A stretch of 64,000 nucleotides of DNA from the human T2T-CHM13v2.0 reference genome, Homo sapiens. Shown here piece by piece: positions 32,980-49,650 of the stretch (position 1 is the first letter of the stretch; each line of letters starts with the position of its first letter). The notes under the pieces were generated by a model that had not been told where the DNA came from, ran no database searches, and saw nothing but the letters and a program-made list of their open reading frames with translations. Both the position numbers and the translations under genes were made by a program. Where the stretch lies: assembly GCF_009914755.1 (NCBI RefSeq), contig NC_060929.1. One strand, given 5' to 3'.

Positions 32980-34700
32980 GTCACCCAAAGAACAAGGTAG
33001 AGGTTGGAGGTATTCTAAGCAGAAAGAACCGGGCACGTAAAGGCTCCTGGGGCAGAAAGGAACTCGGTGTCCTCAAGAGCATTAAGAAAAGCAGGTGTCT
33101 GGAGCTTGCAGCAAGGATGTAAGTGAAGCAAGATAAATTCTCTGAGGTAAGCAGGAGTCACATCATGCAGTGCTTTGCAGGCCCAGTTAAAGATTTTATT
33201 TTCATTTCAAGTTAGAGAAATTTTTGAGTTTATGTTTCTAAAATATCATTGTAACTGTTATGAGAGAAATGGATTGCTAGGGAACTTGACCTAAGAATAA
33301 AATAAATAAAAATAGATTCATTCTTTTATTCAACAAATATTTATCAAGCATTCAAAAATCTTCTTGAAGCTTATATTCTACTGATGGGAGTCAAAAAATA
33401 CACAAGAAAAAAAGTGACATGTTAAGTAGTATGCTAAATGGGATAAGTGATTTTAAAACAAAAAAATAGAGAAATGGGAAAGGGACTGTTGAAAGAGTGC
33501 AAATTTTAGTTAGGGTAGCAAGAAAAGGCTTCACTGAAAATGAAACATTTACATGAAGACAAGAAGGAGTCTGAAAAGCAAATCAGGCAGCTTACTGAGG
33601 AAAGTGCATTCCAGGAAAAGGAAACAGCAAGGTCAAGGCAGCTAGAATGGGGTGAATGGGGGGAGAATAGTCAATAAGTTCTCAAAAGTAAGAGAAGGAG
33701 ATCATGGAGGCCTTGCAGGACATCTTAAGAACTTTGACTTTTGGCCAGGCACAGTGGCTCACACCTGTAATCCCAGCACTTTGGGAGGCCAAGGCAGGTG
33801 AATCACTCAAGGTCAGGAGTTGGAGACCAGCCTGGCCAACATGGTGAAACCCCATCTCTACTAAAAATACAAAAATTACCCTGACATGGTGGCATCCTGT
33901 AATTTCAGCTACTCAGGAGGCTGAGGCAGGAAGATCACTTGAACCCTGGATGCAGAGGTTGCAGTGAGCCGAGATAATGCCACTGCACTCCAGACTGGGT
34001 GACAGACTGTCTGGAAAAAAAAAAAAAAAAAGAACTTTGACTCTGAGTGACATAAAAAGCCAGGAAATGTTGGTAAGGAAAGAAGTGACATGACTGACTC
34101 ATGTTTTTGCAAGAGCTTTCTGGTCTCTGTGTTAACAAACCTATAACTGGATAGGAGAAATAAGACCAGCTGGGAAGCTGCCACAACAATCCAAAAGACA
34201 AATGATGGTGGCTTGGGGACAAGACAGTGGAATAAATGAGGAATGCTTTGAGTCCAGTTACAATTTGAAAGTAGAGCCAACATCACTTGTTGTCGGATCA
34301 GATGAAGAGGTGAGAGAAAAAGAAGAGCTTAAGGCTACTTCTAAGAATTTTGACCTAAACAACAAGCAAAACAAAGATGCTGTTTGCTAAAATTAAATGA
34401 AAACTCAGTTTGGGAAGGAAGGTGAAGAGTTCCATATTAAACAAGTTAAGTCTGACATCCATGTAGCAATGATAAGTAGGTAGTTGTTATGAGTCTAGAT
34501 TTCAGAAAAGCACAAGATTTTAGAGATATAATTTGAGGAACTATTAGTGTATGTATTAATAGTTCTTGTTTAAATCCATGATATGAAGTAAGATGACATT
34601 GGGAATGAATGTTAGGTAAGAAAAATAAAAGAAACAAGGACTCAATCCTAAGTCTCTTCAATACTTACATATTAGAAAGTAGCAAAAGAAATGAAAAAGG
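32980..34700 (-). mobile_element. L2 LINE fragments interrupted by an Alu
   Basis: attcattc..ttattcaacaaatatttatcaagc, gcattccaggaaaaggaaacagcaag, agaagtgacatgactgact, aatgatggtggcttgg. Confidence 0.7.
33743..34031 (+). mobile_element. AluS (Sz/Sx-like)
   Basis: Full Alu; TSD aagaactttgact at 33727-33739 and 34030-34042. Confidence 0.94.
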
Positions 34701-34741
34701 AGAAGAAAAGTACATAGGATAAAAACTTGAAGAAAAAGCAA

Positions 34742-37263
34742 GGTGTTTGAGCTCAGAGAATGGACGGACTGCCTCCTCAAGTGGGTCCCTGACCCACGTG
34801 TAGCCTAACTGGGAGACATCTCCCAGTAGGGGCCAACTGACACCTCATGCAGGCGGGTGCCCCTCTGGGACGAAGCTTCTAGAGGAAGGATCAGGCAGTG
34901 ATATTTGCTGTTCTGCAATATTTGCTCTTCTGCAGCCTCTGCTGGTGATACCCAGGCAAACAGTGTCTGGAGTAGACCTCCAGCCATCTCCAACAGACCT
35001 GCAGCTGAGGGACCTGACTGTTAGAAGGAAAACTAACAAACAGAAAAAAATAGCATCAACATCAACAAAAAGGACATCCACAACAAAATCCCATCGGTAA
35101 GTCACCAACATCAAAGAACAAAGGTAGATGAAACCACAAAGATGGGGAGAAACCAGAGCAGAAAAGCTGAAAATTCTAAACACCAGAGTGCCACTTCTCC
35201 TCCAAAGGATTGCAGCTCCTCGCCAGCAACAGAACAAAGCTGGATGGAGAATGACTTTTACAAGCTGATGAAGTAGGCTTCGGAAGGTCGGTAATAACAA
35301 AGTTCTCTGAGCCAAAGAAGGATGTTCGAACCCATCACAAGGAAGCTAAAAACCTTGAAAAAAGATTAGATGAATGGCTAACTAGAATAAACAGTGCAGA
35401 GAAGACCTTAAATGACCTGATAGAGCTGAAAACCACGGCATGAGAACTACGTGACACATGCACAAGCTTCAATAGCCAATTCAATCAAGTGGAAAAAAGG
35501 GTATCAGTGATTGAAGATCAAATGAATGAAATGAAGCAAGAAGAGAACAATAGAGAAAAAAAGAGTAAGAAGAAATGAGAAGAAACATGGGACTATGTGA
35601 AAAGACCAAATCTCTGTTTGATTGGTGTTCCTGAAAGTGACAGGGAGAATGGAACCAAGTTGGACAACACTCTTCAGGATATTATCCAAGATCAGGATAT
35701 TATCCAGAAGAACTCCCCCAACTTAGCAAGGCAAGCCAACATTCAAATTCAGAAAATACAGAGAATGCCACAAAGATAGACCTCAAGAAGAGCAATCCCA
35801 AGACACATACTTGTCAAATTCACCAAGGTTGAAATGAAGGAAAAAAATGTTAAGGGCAGCCAGAGAGAAAGCTTGCCTTACCCACAAAGTGAAGCCCATC
35901 AGACTAACAGCAGATCTCTCAGCAGAAACTCTCCAAGCCAGAATAGAGTAGGGGCTAATATTCAACATTCTTAAAGAAAAGAATTTTCAACCCAGAATTT
36001 CATATCCAGCCAAACTAAGCTTCATAAGTGAAAGAGAAATAAAATCCTTTACAGACAAGCAAATGCTGAGAGATTTTGTCACCACCAGGCCTGCCTTACA
36101 AGAGCTACTGAAGGAAGCACTAAACATGGAAAGGAACAACGGGTACCAGCCACTGCAAAAACATGCCAAATTGTCAAGACCATCGATGCTAGGAAGAAAC
36201 TGCATCAACTAACAGGCAAAATAACCAGCTAATATCATAATGACAGGATCAAATTCACAAATGACAATATTAACCGTAAATGTAAATGGGCTAAATGCTC
36301 CAATTAAAAGACACAGACTGGCAAATTGGATAAAGAAAGAGTCAAGACCCATCAGTGTGCTGCATTCAGGAGACCCATCTCACATGCAGAGACACACATA
36401 GGCTCAAAATAAAGGGATGGAGGAAGTTCTACTAAGCAAATGAAAAGCAAAAAAAAGCAGGGGTTACAATCCTAGTCTCTGATAAAACAGACTTTAAACC
36501 AACAAAGATCAAAAGAGACAAAGAAACAAAGAAGGCCATTACATAATGGTAAAATTAGAATGGCGATCATTAAAAAGTCAAGAAACAACAGATGCTGGAG
36601 AGGATATGGAGATCCTTTTACACTGTTGGTGGGAATGCTTTTACACTGTTGGTGGGACTGTAAACTAGTTCAACCATTGTGGAAGACAGTGTGGCAATTC
36701 CTCAAGGATCTAGAAATAGAAATACCATTTGACCCAGCCATCCCATTACTGGGTATATACCCAAAGGATTATAAATCATGCTACTATAAAGACACATGCA
36801 CATGTATGTTTACTGTGGCACTATTCACAATAGCAAAGACTTGGAACCAACCCAAATGTCCATCAATGATAGACTGGATTAAGAAAATGTGGCACATATA
36901 CAACATGGAATACTATGCGGCCATAAAAAAAGATGAGTTCATGTCCTTTGCAGGGACATGGATGAAGCCAGAAATCATCATTCTGAGCAAATTATCACAA
37001 GGACAGAAAACCAAACTCCCCATGTTCTCACTCATAGGTGGGAATTGAACAACGAGAACACATGGACATAGGGCGGGGAACACCACACACCAGGGCCTGT
37101 CATGGGGTGGGGGACTGGGGGAGGGATAGCATTAGGAGAAATACCTAATGTAAATGACAAATTAATGGGTGCAGCAAACCAACATGGCACATGTATACCT
37201 ATGTAACGAACCTGCACATTGTGCACATGTACCCTAGAACTTAAACTATAATAATAAAAAAAA
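34742..37263 (+). mobile_element. L1PA7-like LINE-1: partial 5'UTR, dead ORF1, ORF2 start joined at ~36553 to the ORF2 C-terminus and 3'UTR
   Basis: ccacaaagatggggagaaaccagagcagaaaagctg ORF1 start; 3'UTR aatacctaatgtaaatgac...cagcaaaccaacatggc. Confidence 0.88.
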
Positions 37264-37269
37264 TTCCAC

Positions 37270-37999
37270 TAAGTTCCAGAAAAAAAATGAAGGAAAAATA
37301 AATACTTTTTCAGACAACAAAATATGGAGTTTGTTGCCAGTAGACCTGCCTTGCAATAAATGTCAAAAGAAATTCTTTAGAGAGATGAAAACTGATAAAG
37401 ACAAGAAACTTAGATTTACATAAAGCAAACAAGAGCATAGGAGAAGAATAAGTAGAGGTAAAACACTTTTATTTTTCTTATTCTTGATTGATCTAAAGGA
37501 TAACTATTTGTTCAAAATAACAATAGCAGTGATGTATTTGATTATGTCTGTGTGTGTGATTATGTATGTTTATGTGTAAGTAAAATGAATAATAGCAATG
37601 ATATAAGAGAGGGATCAAGATTATTTTGTTATTGTTAAGTACTCACACTATCCCTAAAGCAGTACAGTGCTATCTGAAAGTAGACTTGGATTAGTTGGAA
37701 ATGCATATTGCAAACTCCAGCGCAACCATATAAGGAAATATACATACATACACATATATATATATATCTCTGATATGCTAATAGAGGAGAGAAAACTGAA
37801 TCATATAAAATGTTCAATTAAATCCACAAAAAGGTGAAATAAAGGCGAATATCCTGGAAATGAAAGAAAAATAAAACACAACAACTAAAAATGAAAAATT
37901 CAATGAATGAGCCAATCAAAGAATAGAAATAACAGAGGAAACAAAAAAGTAAAAGGATGGGAAAAGAGATATCATGCAAACAATAACCAAAGAAAGTGA
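37270..37999 (+). mobile_element. Old L1M ORF1 end, inter-ORF region and ORF2 start; continues at 45430-46288 and ~47170-47290
   Basis: gaaggaaaaataaatactttttcagac...gccagtagacctgccttgc; aaaggatgggaaaagagatatcatgcaaac; host of the nested L1PAs. Confidence 0.7.
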
Positions 38000-38431
38000 G
38001 CATATTTGACAAACCTGACAAAAACAAGGAATGGGGAGAGGATTCCCTATTTAATAAATGGTGCTGGGAAAACTGGCTAGCCACATAGAGAAAGCTGAAA
38101 CTGGATCCCTTCCTACACCATATACAAAAATTAACTCAAGATTGATTAAAGACTTAAATGTAAGACCTAACACCATAAAAACCCTAGAAGAAAACCTAGG
38201 CAATACCATTCAGCACATAGGCATGGGCAAAGACTTCATGAATAAAACACCAAAAGCAATGGCAACAAAAGCCAAAACAGACAAATAGGATCGAATTAAA
38301 CTAAAGAGCTTCTGTGCAGCAAAATAAACTATCATCAGAGTAAACAGGCAATCTACAGAACGGGAGAAAATTTTTGCAATTTACCCATCTGACAAAGAGC
38401 TAATATCCAGAATCTACCAAGAACTTAAACA

Positions 38432-39438
38432 GAAGATGGCCGAACAGGAACAGCTCCGGTCTACAGCTCCCAGCATGAGTGACGCAGAAGACGGGTGATT
38501 TCTGCATTTCCAGCTGAGGTACCGAGTTCATGTCATTAGGGAGTGCCAGACAGTGGGTGCAGCCCACCATGCACGAGCCGAACCAGGGCGAGGCACTGCC
38601 TCACTCGGGAAGTGCAAGGGGTCAGGGAGTTCCCTTTCTGAGTCAAAGAAAGGGGTGACAGACGGCACCTGGAAAATCGGGTCACTCCACCCTAATACTG
38701 CGATTTTCCGAAGGGCTTAAAAAATGGCGCACCAGGAGATTATCTCCCGCACCTGGCTCAGAGAGTCCTACGCCCACGGAGTCTTGCTGATTGCTAGCAC
38801 AGCAGTCTGAGATCAAACTGCAAGGCGGCAGCAAGGCTGGGGGAGGGGCGCCCGCCATTGCCCAGGCTTGCTTAGGTAAACAAAGCAGCCTGGAAGCTCG
38901 TACTGGGTGGAGCCCACAACGCTCAAGGAGGCCTGCCTGCCTCTGTAGGCTCCACCTCTGGGGGCAGGGCACAGACAAACAAAAAGACAGCAGTAACCTC
39001 TGCAGACTTAAATGTCCCTGTCTGACAGCTTTGAAGAGAGCAGTGGTTCTCCCAGCACGCAGCTGGAGAACTGAGAACGGGCAGACTGCTTCCTCAAATG
39101 GGTCCCTGATCCCTGACCCCCGAGCAGCCTAACTGGGAGGCACCCCCCAGTAGGGGCAGACTGACACCTCACACGGCCGGGTACTCCTCTGAGACAAAAC
39201 TTCCAGAGGAATGATCAGACAGCAGCATTTGCGGTTCACGAAAATCCGCTGTTCTGCATCCACTGCTGCTGATACCCAGGCAAACAGGGTCTGGAGTGGA
39301 CCTCTAGCAAACTCCAACAGACCTGCAGCTGAGGGTCCTGTCAGTTAGAAGGAAAACTAACAAACAGAAAGGACATCCACACCAAAAACCCATCGTTACC
39401 TCACCCAACAAAGACCAAAAGTAGATAAAACCACAAAG
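38432..39438 (+). promoter_or_regulatory. L1 5'UTR: internal sense promoter, antisense promoter, YY1 core (38433-38441), retained ~129-bp ZNF93-target segment (~39188-39315)
   Basis: Homology to the L1PA 5'UTR; partly CpG-decayed; activity cannot be inferred from sequence. Confidence 0.7.
38682..38858 (-). pseudogene. L1 ORF0 (antisense), 58 aa, C-terminus cut short by a frameshift
   Basis: MAGAPPPALLPPCSLISDCCASNQQDSVGVG matches primate L1 ORF0; ATG at 38858-38856. Confidence 0.8.
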
Positions 39439-40455
39439 ATGGGGAAAAAACAGAGCAGAAAAACTGGAAACTCTAAAAAGCAGAGTGCCTCTCCTCCTCC
39501 AAAGGAATACAGTTCCTCACCAGCAACGAAACAAAGCTGGACGGAGAATCACTTTGACGAGCTGAGAGTAGAAGGCTTCAGATGATCAAATTACTCCGAG
39601 CTACGGGAGGACATTCAAACCAAAGGCAAAGAAGTTGAAAACTTTGAAAAAAATTTAGAAGAACGTATAACTAGAATAACCAATACAGAGAAGTGCTTAA
39701 AGGAGCTGATGGAGCTGAAAGCCAAGGCTCAAGAACTACCCGAAGAATGCAGAAGCCTCAGGAGCCGATGCGATCAACTGGAAGAAAGGGTATGAGTGAT
39801 GGAAGATGAAATGAATGAAATGAAGCGAGAAGGGAAGTTTAGAGAAAAAAGGAATAAAAAGAAACGAACAAAGCCTCCAAGAAATATGGGACCATGTGAA
39901 AAGACCAAATCTACGTCTGATTGGTGTACCTGAAAGTGACGGGGAGAATGGAACCAAGTTGGAAAACACTCTGCAGGATATTATCCAGGAGAACTTCCCC
40001 AATCTAGCAAGGCAGGCCAATATTCAGATTCAGGAAATACAGAGAACGCCACAAAGATACTCCTCGAGAAGAGCAACTCCAAGACACATAATTGTCAGAT
40101 TCACCAAAGTTGAAATGGAGGAAAAAATATTAAGGGCAGCCAGAGAGAAAGGCCGGGTTACCCACAAAGGGAAGCCCATCAGACTAACAGCGGATCTCTC
40201 GGCAGAAACTCTACAAGCCAGAAGAGAGTGGGGGCCAATATTCAACATTCTTAAAGAAAAGAATTTTCAACCCAGAATTTCATATCCAGCCAAACTAAGC
40301 TTCATAAGTGAAGGAGAAATAAAATACTTTACAGACAAGAAAATGCTGAGAGATTTTGTCACCACCAGGCCTGCCTAAAAGAGCGTCTGAAGGAAGCACT
40401 AAACATGGAAAGGAAAAACAAGTACAAGCCACTGCAAAATCATGCCAAATTATAA
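39439..40455 (+). pseudogene. L1 ORF1p, disrupted
   Basis: MGKKQSRK start; internal stops and frameshifts; KRPNLRLIGVPE...FVTTRPA fragment. Confidence 0.9.
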
Positions 40456-40518
40456 AGACCATCAAGGCTAGGAAGAAACTGCATCAACTAACGAGCAAAA
40501 TAACCAGCTAACATCACA

Positions 40519-44320
<3,802 letters not shown>

Positions 44321-46288
44321 ACAATGAGAACACATGGACACAAGAAGGGGAACATCACACTCTGGGGACTGTTGTGGGGTGGGCGGATGGGGGAGGGATA
44401 GCATTAGGAGATATACCTAATGCTAAATGACGAGTTAATGGGTGCAGCACACCAGCATAGCACATGTATAATATGTAACTAACCTCCACATTGTGCACAT
44501 GTACCCTAAAACTTAAAGTATAATAATAATAAAATAAAATAAAATAAAGAACTTAAACAAATTTACAAGAATAAAGCAACCCCATCAAAAAAGGGGAAAA
44601 GGATATGAACAGACACTTCTCAAAAGATGACATTTATGCAGCCATCAGACATATGAAAAAATGCTCATCATCACTGGTCATCAGAGAAATGCAAATCAAA
44701 ACCACAGTGAGATACCATCTCACGCCAGTTAGAATGGCGATCATTAAAATGTCAGGAAACAACAGATGCCGGAGAGGATGTGGAGAAATAGGAACACTTT
44801 TACACCGTTGGGGGAGTGTAAACTAGTTCAACCATTGTGGAAGTCAGTGTGTTGATTCCTCAAGGATCTAGAACTAGAAATACCATTTGACCCAGCCATC
44901 CCATTACTGCGTATATACCCAAAAGGATTATAAATCATGCTACTATAAAGACGCATGCACATATGTGTTTATTGCAGCACTATTCACAATAGCAAAGACT
45001 TGGAACCCACTAAAATGTCTATCAGTGATAGACTGGATTAAGAAAATATGGCACATATACACCATGGAATAATATGCAGCCATAAAAAAGGATGAGTTCA
45101 TGTCCTTTGCAGGGACATGGATGAAGCTGGAAACCATCATTCCCAGCAAACTATCACAAGGACCGAAAACCAACGACCACGTTTTCACTCATAGGTGGGA
45201 ATTGAACAATGAGAACACATGGACACAGGGCAGGGAACATCACATACCAGGGGCCTGTCGGAGGGTGGGGGACTGGGGGAGGGATAGCACCAGGAGAAAT
45301 ACCTAATGTAAATGACAAGTTGATGGGTGCAGCAAACCAACATGGCACATGTATACCTATGTAACAAACCTGCACGTTGTGCACATGTACCCTAGAACTT
45401 AAAGTATAATAAAAAAAGAAAGAAAGTGACTGGATGTAGCCCTGTAGACTTAAGAACAAAAAAAAAAAACAGGGAGAGAGAAGGCTGATTATAAAATTTA
45501 CATGTAAAGACAAGGAAACTAGAATAGCCCAAACAATTTAAAAAAAAAAAAAAACTTTGAGGATTCAGACTAGTAGACAACACAATGTGTTATTGGATAA
45601 ATAATAGACACATAGATTAAAAGAACAGAATAGAGAATTCAAAAATAGATCTACACAAATATGAACAAAATAGGCTTTTGATAAATGTGCAAAAGAATTC
45701 AGTGGAGACAGTATAGTCCTTTCAGCAAATGATCCTGGGACAACTGAACATCTGTATGGAAAAGCAGAATTAAACCTCAACCCATACCTCACAACTTGTT
45801 CAACAATTAACCCAAAGTGTATCATAGGCCCAAATGTAAAATATAAAACTTTATACACAAGAAAATTTTCTTGACCTTGGGTTAAAAAACAGTTCTTAGA
45901 TTTGACATCAAAGCATGACTTTTTTTAAGGACAAATTGGGCTTTATCAAATTTTAAAACTTTTCTCTCTGCCAAAAAAAAAAAATTTAAGAGAATGAAAA
46001 GACAAGCTGAAAGTTAGGAGAAAATATTCACAAATAACATATTCAACAAGGGACTTCTATATAAAATATATTAAAATCTCTCAAATCTTAGCCAAAGAAA
46101 AACAGCTACAATATAAAATGGGCAAAAGATTTTAACAAACACCTCACCAAGGAAGATAAATTGATAGCAAATAACTACATGGAAAGATGCTCAACATTAT
46201 TAGTCATTAATGAAATACAAATTAAAATCGCAATGAAATATCACTATAAACCTAACAGAATGTTTAAAATTTAAAAGATGGAAGGGTT

Positions 46289-47107
46289 CTCCTAATGCTA
46301 TCCCTCCACCCTCCCCCCACCCCACAACAGTCCCCAGAGTGTGATGTTCCCCTTCCTGTGTCCATGTGTTCTCATTGTTCAATTCCCATCTATGAGTGAG
46401 AACATGTGGTGTTTGGTTTTTTGTTCTTGCGATAGTTTACTGAGAATGATGATTTCCAATTTCATCCATGTCCCTACAAAGGACATGAACTCATCATTTT
46501 TTATGGCTGCATAGTATTCCATGGTGTATATGTGCCACATTTTCTTAATCCAGTCTATCATTGTTGGACATTTGAGTTGGGTTCCAAGTCTTTGCTATTG
46601 TGAATAGTGCCACAATAAACATACGTGTGCATGTGTCTTTATAGCAGCATGATTTATAGTCCTTTGGGTATATACCCAGTAATGGGATGGCTGGGTCAAA
46701 TGGTATTTCTAGTTCTAGATCCCTGAGGAATCACCACACTGACTTCCACAATGGTTGAACTAGTTTACAGTCCCACCAACAGTGTAAAAGTGTTCCTGTT
46801 TCTCCACATCCTCTCCAGTACCTGTTGTTTCCTGACTTTTTAATGATTGCCATTCTAACTGGTGTGAGATGGTATCTCATTGTGGTTTTGATTTGCATTT
46901 CTCTGATGGCCAGTGATGATGAGCATTTTTTCATGTGTCTTTTGGCTGCATAAATACCTAATGCTAAATGACGAGTTAATGGGTGCAGCGCACCAGCATG
47001 GCACATTTATACATATGTAACTAACCTGCATATTGTGCACATGTACCCTAAAACTTAAAATATAATAATAATAAAAAAAAGGAAAAGAAAACAAAAAAGT
47101 AAAAAAA
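46289..47107 (+). mobile_element. 5'-truncated, 5'-inverted (twin-primed) L1PA3/4-like insertion
   Basis: Inverted part 46289-46955, sense part 46954-47107; TSD aaaagatggaagggtt at 46273-46288 and 47109-47124; tt/aaaa target. Confidence 0.93.
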
Positions 47108-47299
47108 TAAAAGATGGAAGGGTTAGAGAAGGGGAGGAGAAAAAGAAGAAAGAAAAAATAAGAGGAAGAGATACTGATAATACCAAGTATTAGCAAGAAA
47201 GTAGAGCAACTCAAAATTTCATATACTGCTAATGGGAATGCAAAATGATACAATAACTCTGCACAACAGATTGACAGGATTAGTTTTAAAATATATGAA

Positions 47300-47790
47300 T
47301 ATAAATGTGTTTTTGAAAAAGGCTAGAAACAGGATGATAGCTAGAGGAGGATGTGGAGTCAAAAAGAGAGTTTTCTTAAAGATAAAGTTGTATCTGCATG
47401 TTTGCAGGTCAATAAGAGAAGTCCACTTGAGGGGGAAAACTTATTAGTGAGGGAGGGAGAGCAAAGAATTGCTAGAGACATTTCTTCAACTACACAAGAA
47501 AAGAAGGGACCTCGGCAGAATGGAGATGTTGGCATTTGCTGGGAACGTGAATGGTTCATTAGAGCAAATAGGAAAGAAAGCAGAGTATATGAGGACAGAT
47601 ATAAAGAAGTGAGTAGATGTTGTGGGTAGCTTGTCCAAATTCTCTTCTGATTGCTTCTATTTTCTCAGGGAAATAAAAAGCTGAGAGTGGTGCTGGGGGA
47701 GGAGGTTTTATATGAAATTATTATCTAGGAGTATGGGAGAGTGAAGAGACTAGGGAAATATAGTATAGATGGGTTTAAGAAATATTTAGT
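47300..47790 (-). mobile_element. L2 internal fragment
   Basis: ttctcttctgattgcttctattttctcagggaaataaaaagctgagagtg motif typical of L2 antisense. Confidence 0.55.
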
Positions 47791-49602
47791 GACTCAATAA
47801 TGGTACAAGCCTCTGGAAACTAATTCCTATCTAGCAGTAAGATGCGGCTTTAGCTCTAAAAAGAAAACCTCAAAAAAATAATATTAGGTGGGACCAAAAC
47901 TGTATTTAATTGTAATTAACTCTTAAATAAAAAAGGAATTTTGACATCAGAAACTGCAGAAGTAATCATCCAAGGTAAGAAATAGCCAGATGTAGCCTTA
48001 TGGAAATATTTAAATACACAAAGTAATATAAACGGAAATATCAACACCGCAAAGAAACCTGCAGTTGATTATTTATTACTAAAAAATGGAAACCAATCAT
48101 GAGGCATAAAATGTGACACAGGATTGCAAATGAAAATATATTAAAGTCAAATTATTATTTGGAGGAACTTATTTAAACCCAACCACATTCAGAGTCAAAG
48201 TTCACTATGTCTATAATTTGGCTCTTTTAATTTTAGAGATGAGAACTTAAGAAGTATATACAGAACTAATTAACATAGGTGTCTCTGGTATGAGCATCAA
48301 AAATAATACAATTTAAGATCACCAGGAATATTCTGGACATGGTAGAAAAGAGAGTAATGCCTCATTATTATTTCAAGGACATTCCACTTAGAGCCCACAG
48401 AAAAAGAAAGAGAATTAGTAGCTGCCAAACAGCATGCAGTCCACAATTACCACCTTCAAAAGCCAACTGTTTTTACGGTATCCAGAAACCATCCCCAAAG
48501 TAAAAGGTTTAGAGGAGGGATTTGAAAGATGCCTGAAATGAAGCTCCTAATATGGTTAGGGAAAGATAGCCAAAATGTCTTAGTGAAGCATCCAAACTTA
48601 TTATTTCCAAATTGTCCTTATAAGTTATAACACCACATAAGAAAATATACTTCTATACTTCTATACTTCCAAAAGCATTGCAACTAAATGAATAAATGAT
48701 CTAAGGAAGCCATGCTCTGAAAATTACATTAGAATAATTTAGAAAATGACAGCAGGATGATTATGTTGCCTGCTAGTTGCCTTTTTCTAGGTACAGAAAA
48801 GTCAAGTAATTAATACAAGAAAGAAAAGTATGCCAAAAAAGCACTTGCCTTCCGTTTTGGACAGGGAGCTAAAAATGGGGGAGGGGATAGAACTTTTAGT
48901 ATCAGCACCACAGAATATGATAGGATCTTATTTAATCTTATAAAAGTGAAATCATTAATGGGATCAAATAGTCTGCCAAGCAATTCATTCTTAATATTAT
49001 TTTTACAGTTAATTATTTATTTTGTTTCTCATGGTAATCAACATGGCCTTATATTGTATGTATTCCACTATATTCAACCTGGTAGGCAGTGTCGACCAAG
49101 TGTTTTAAGCAAGAGGTGATATTGCCATAACTTTCTAAGTAGTATAACATAAAGTCCTAGGCACTGACGTATTTGGCACTATACTGTGTCACTAAAATCC
49201 AAGCATTTAATGGCAACAAACAAGGAAGAATGTCAGGCAAGAACATAAAGTAATAAAGGCATTCCATGCTAAATAATAGAGAACATCCTGCAATTGTTCC
49301 TTTGGTTTTGCTGATGAATAAAACTGATGGTAAAGTTCTTGTACTGAATAACATGCCACAGAGATTTCTTTATCTATGATTGAGGAGGGTTGAGGAAGAG
49401 CGCAGTGAATTAGCCTCATTCTTACTCTGTAATTAAGAAAAACAATGATTTTTTTTATTATTTTTCCCTGATTTCAAAGCCTTCTATTTTAATTGATGTT
49501 CACTGGATATTGCCTCAGCAATTAACAGACCATGTTTACATCTCTTTTTTCTTGCGTATTTGACTTAAAATGCTTTACTTGCATTTCAAAGCCATCTATA
49601 GA

Positions 49603-49650
49603 CACACACACGCCCACACACGCACATGCACACACACATACACACACACA
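49603..49650 (+). repeat. Imperfect (CA)n
   Basis: Directly visible. Confidence 0.85.

Noticed and set aside
36540-36565. Spliced L1 integrant
   Set aside because: The donor GT bases are retained at the junction; reported instead as an internal deletion.
38859-38978. N-terminally extended ORF0 (98 aa in the track)
   Set aside because: The extension starts at TTG; the ORF0 ATG is at 38858.
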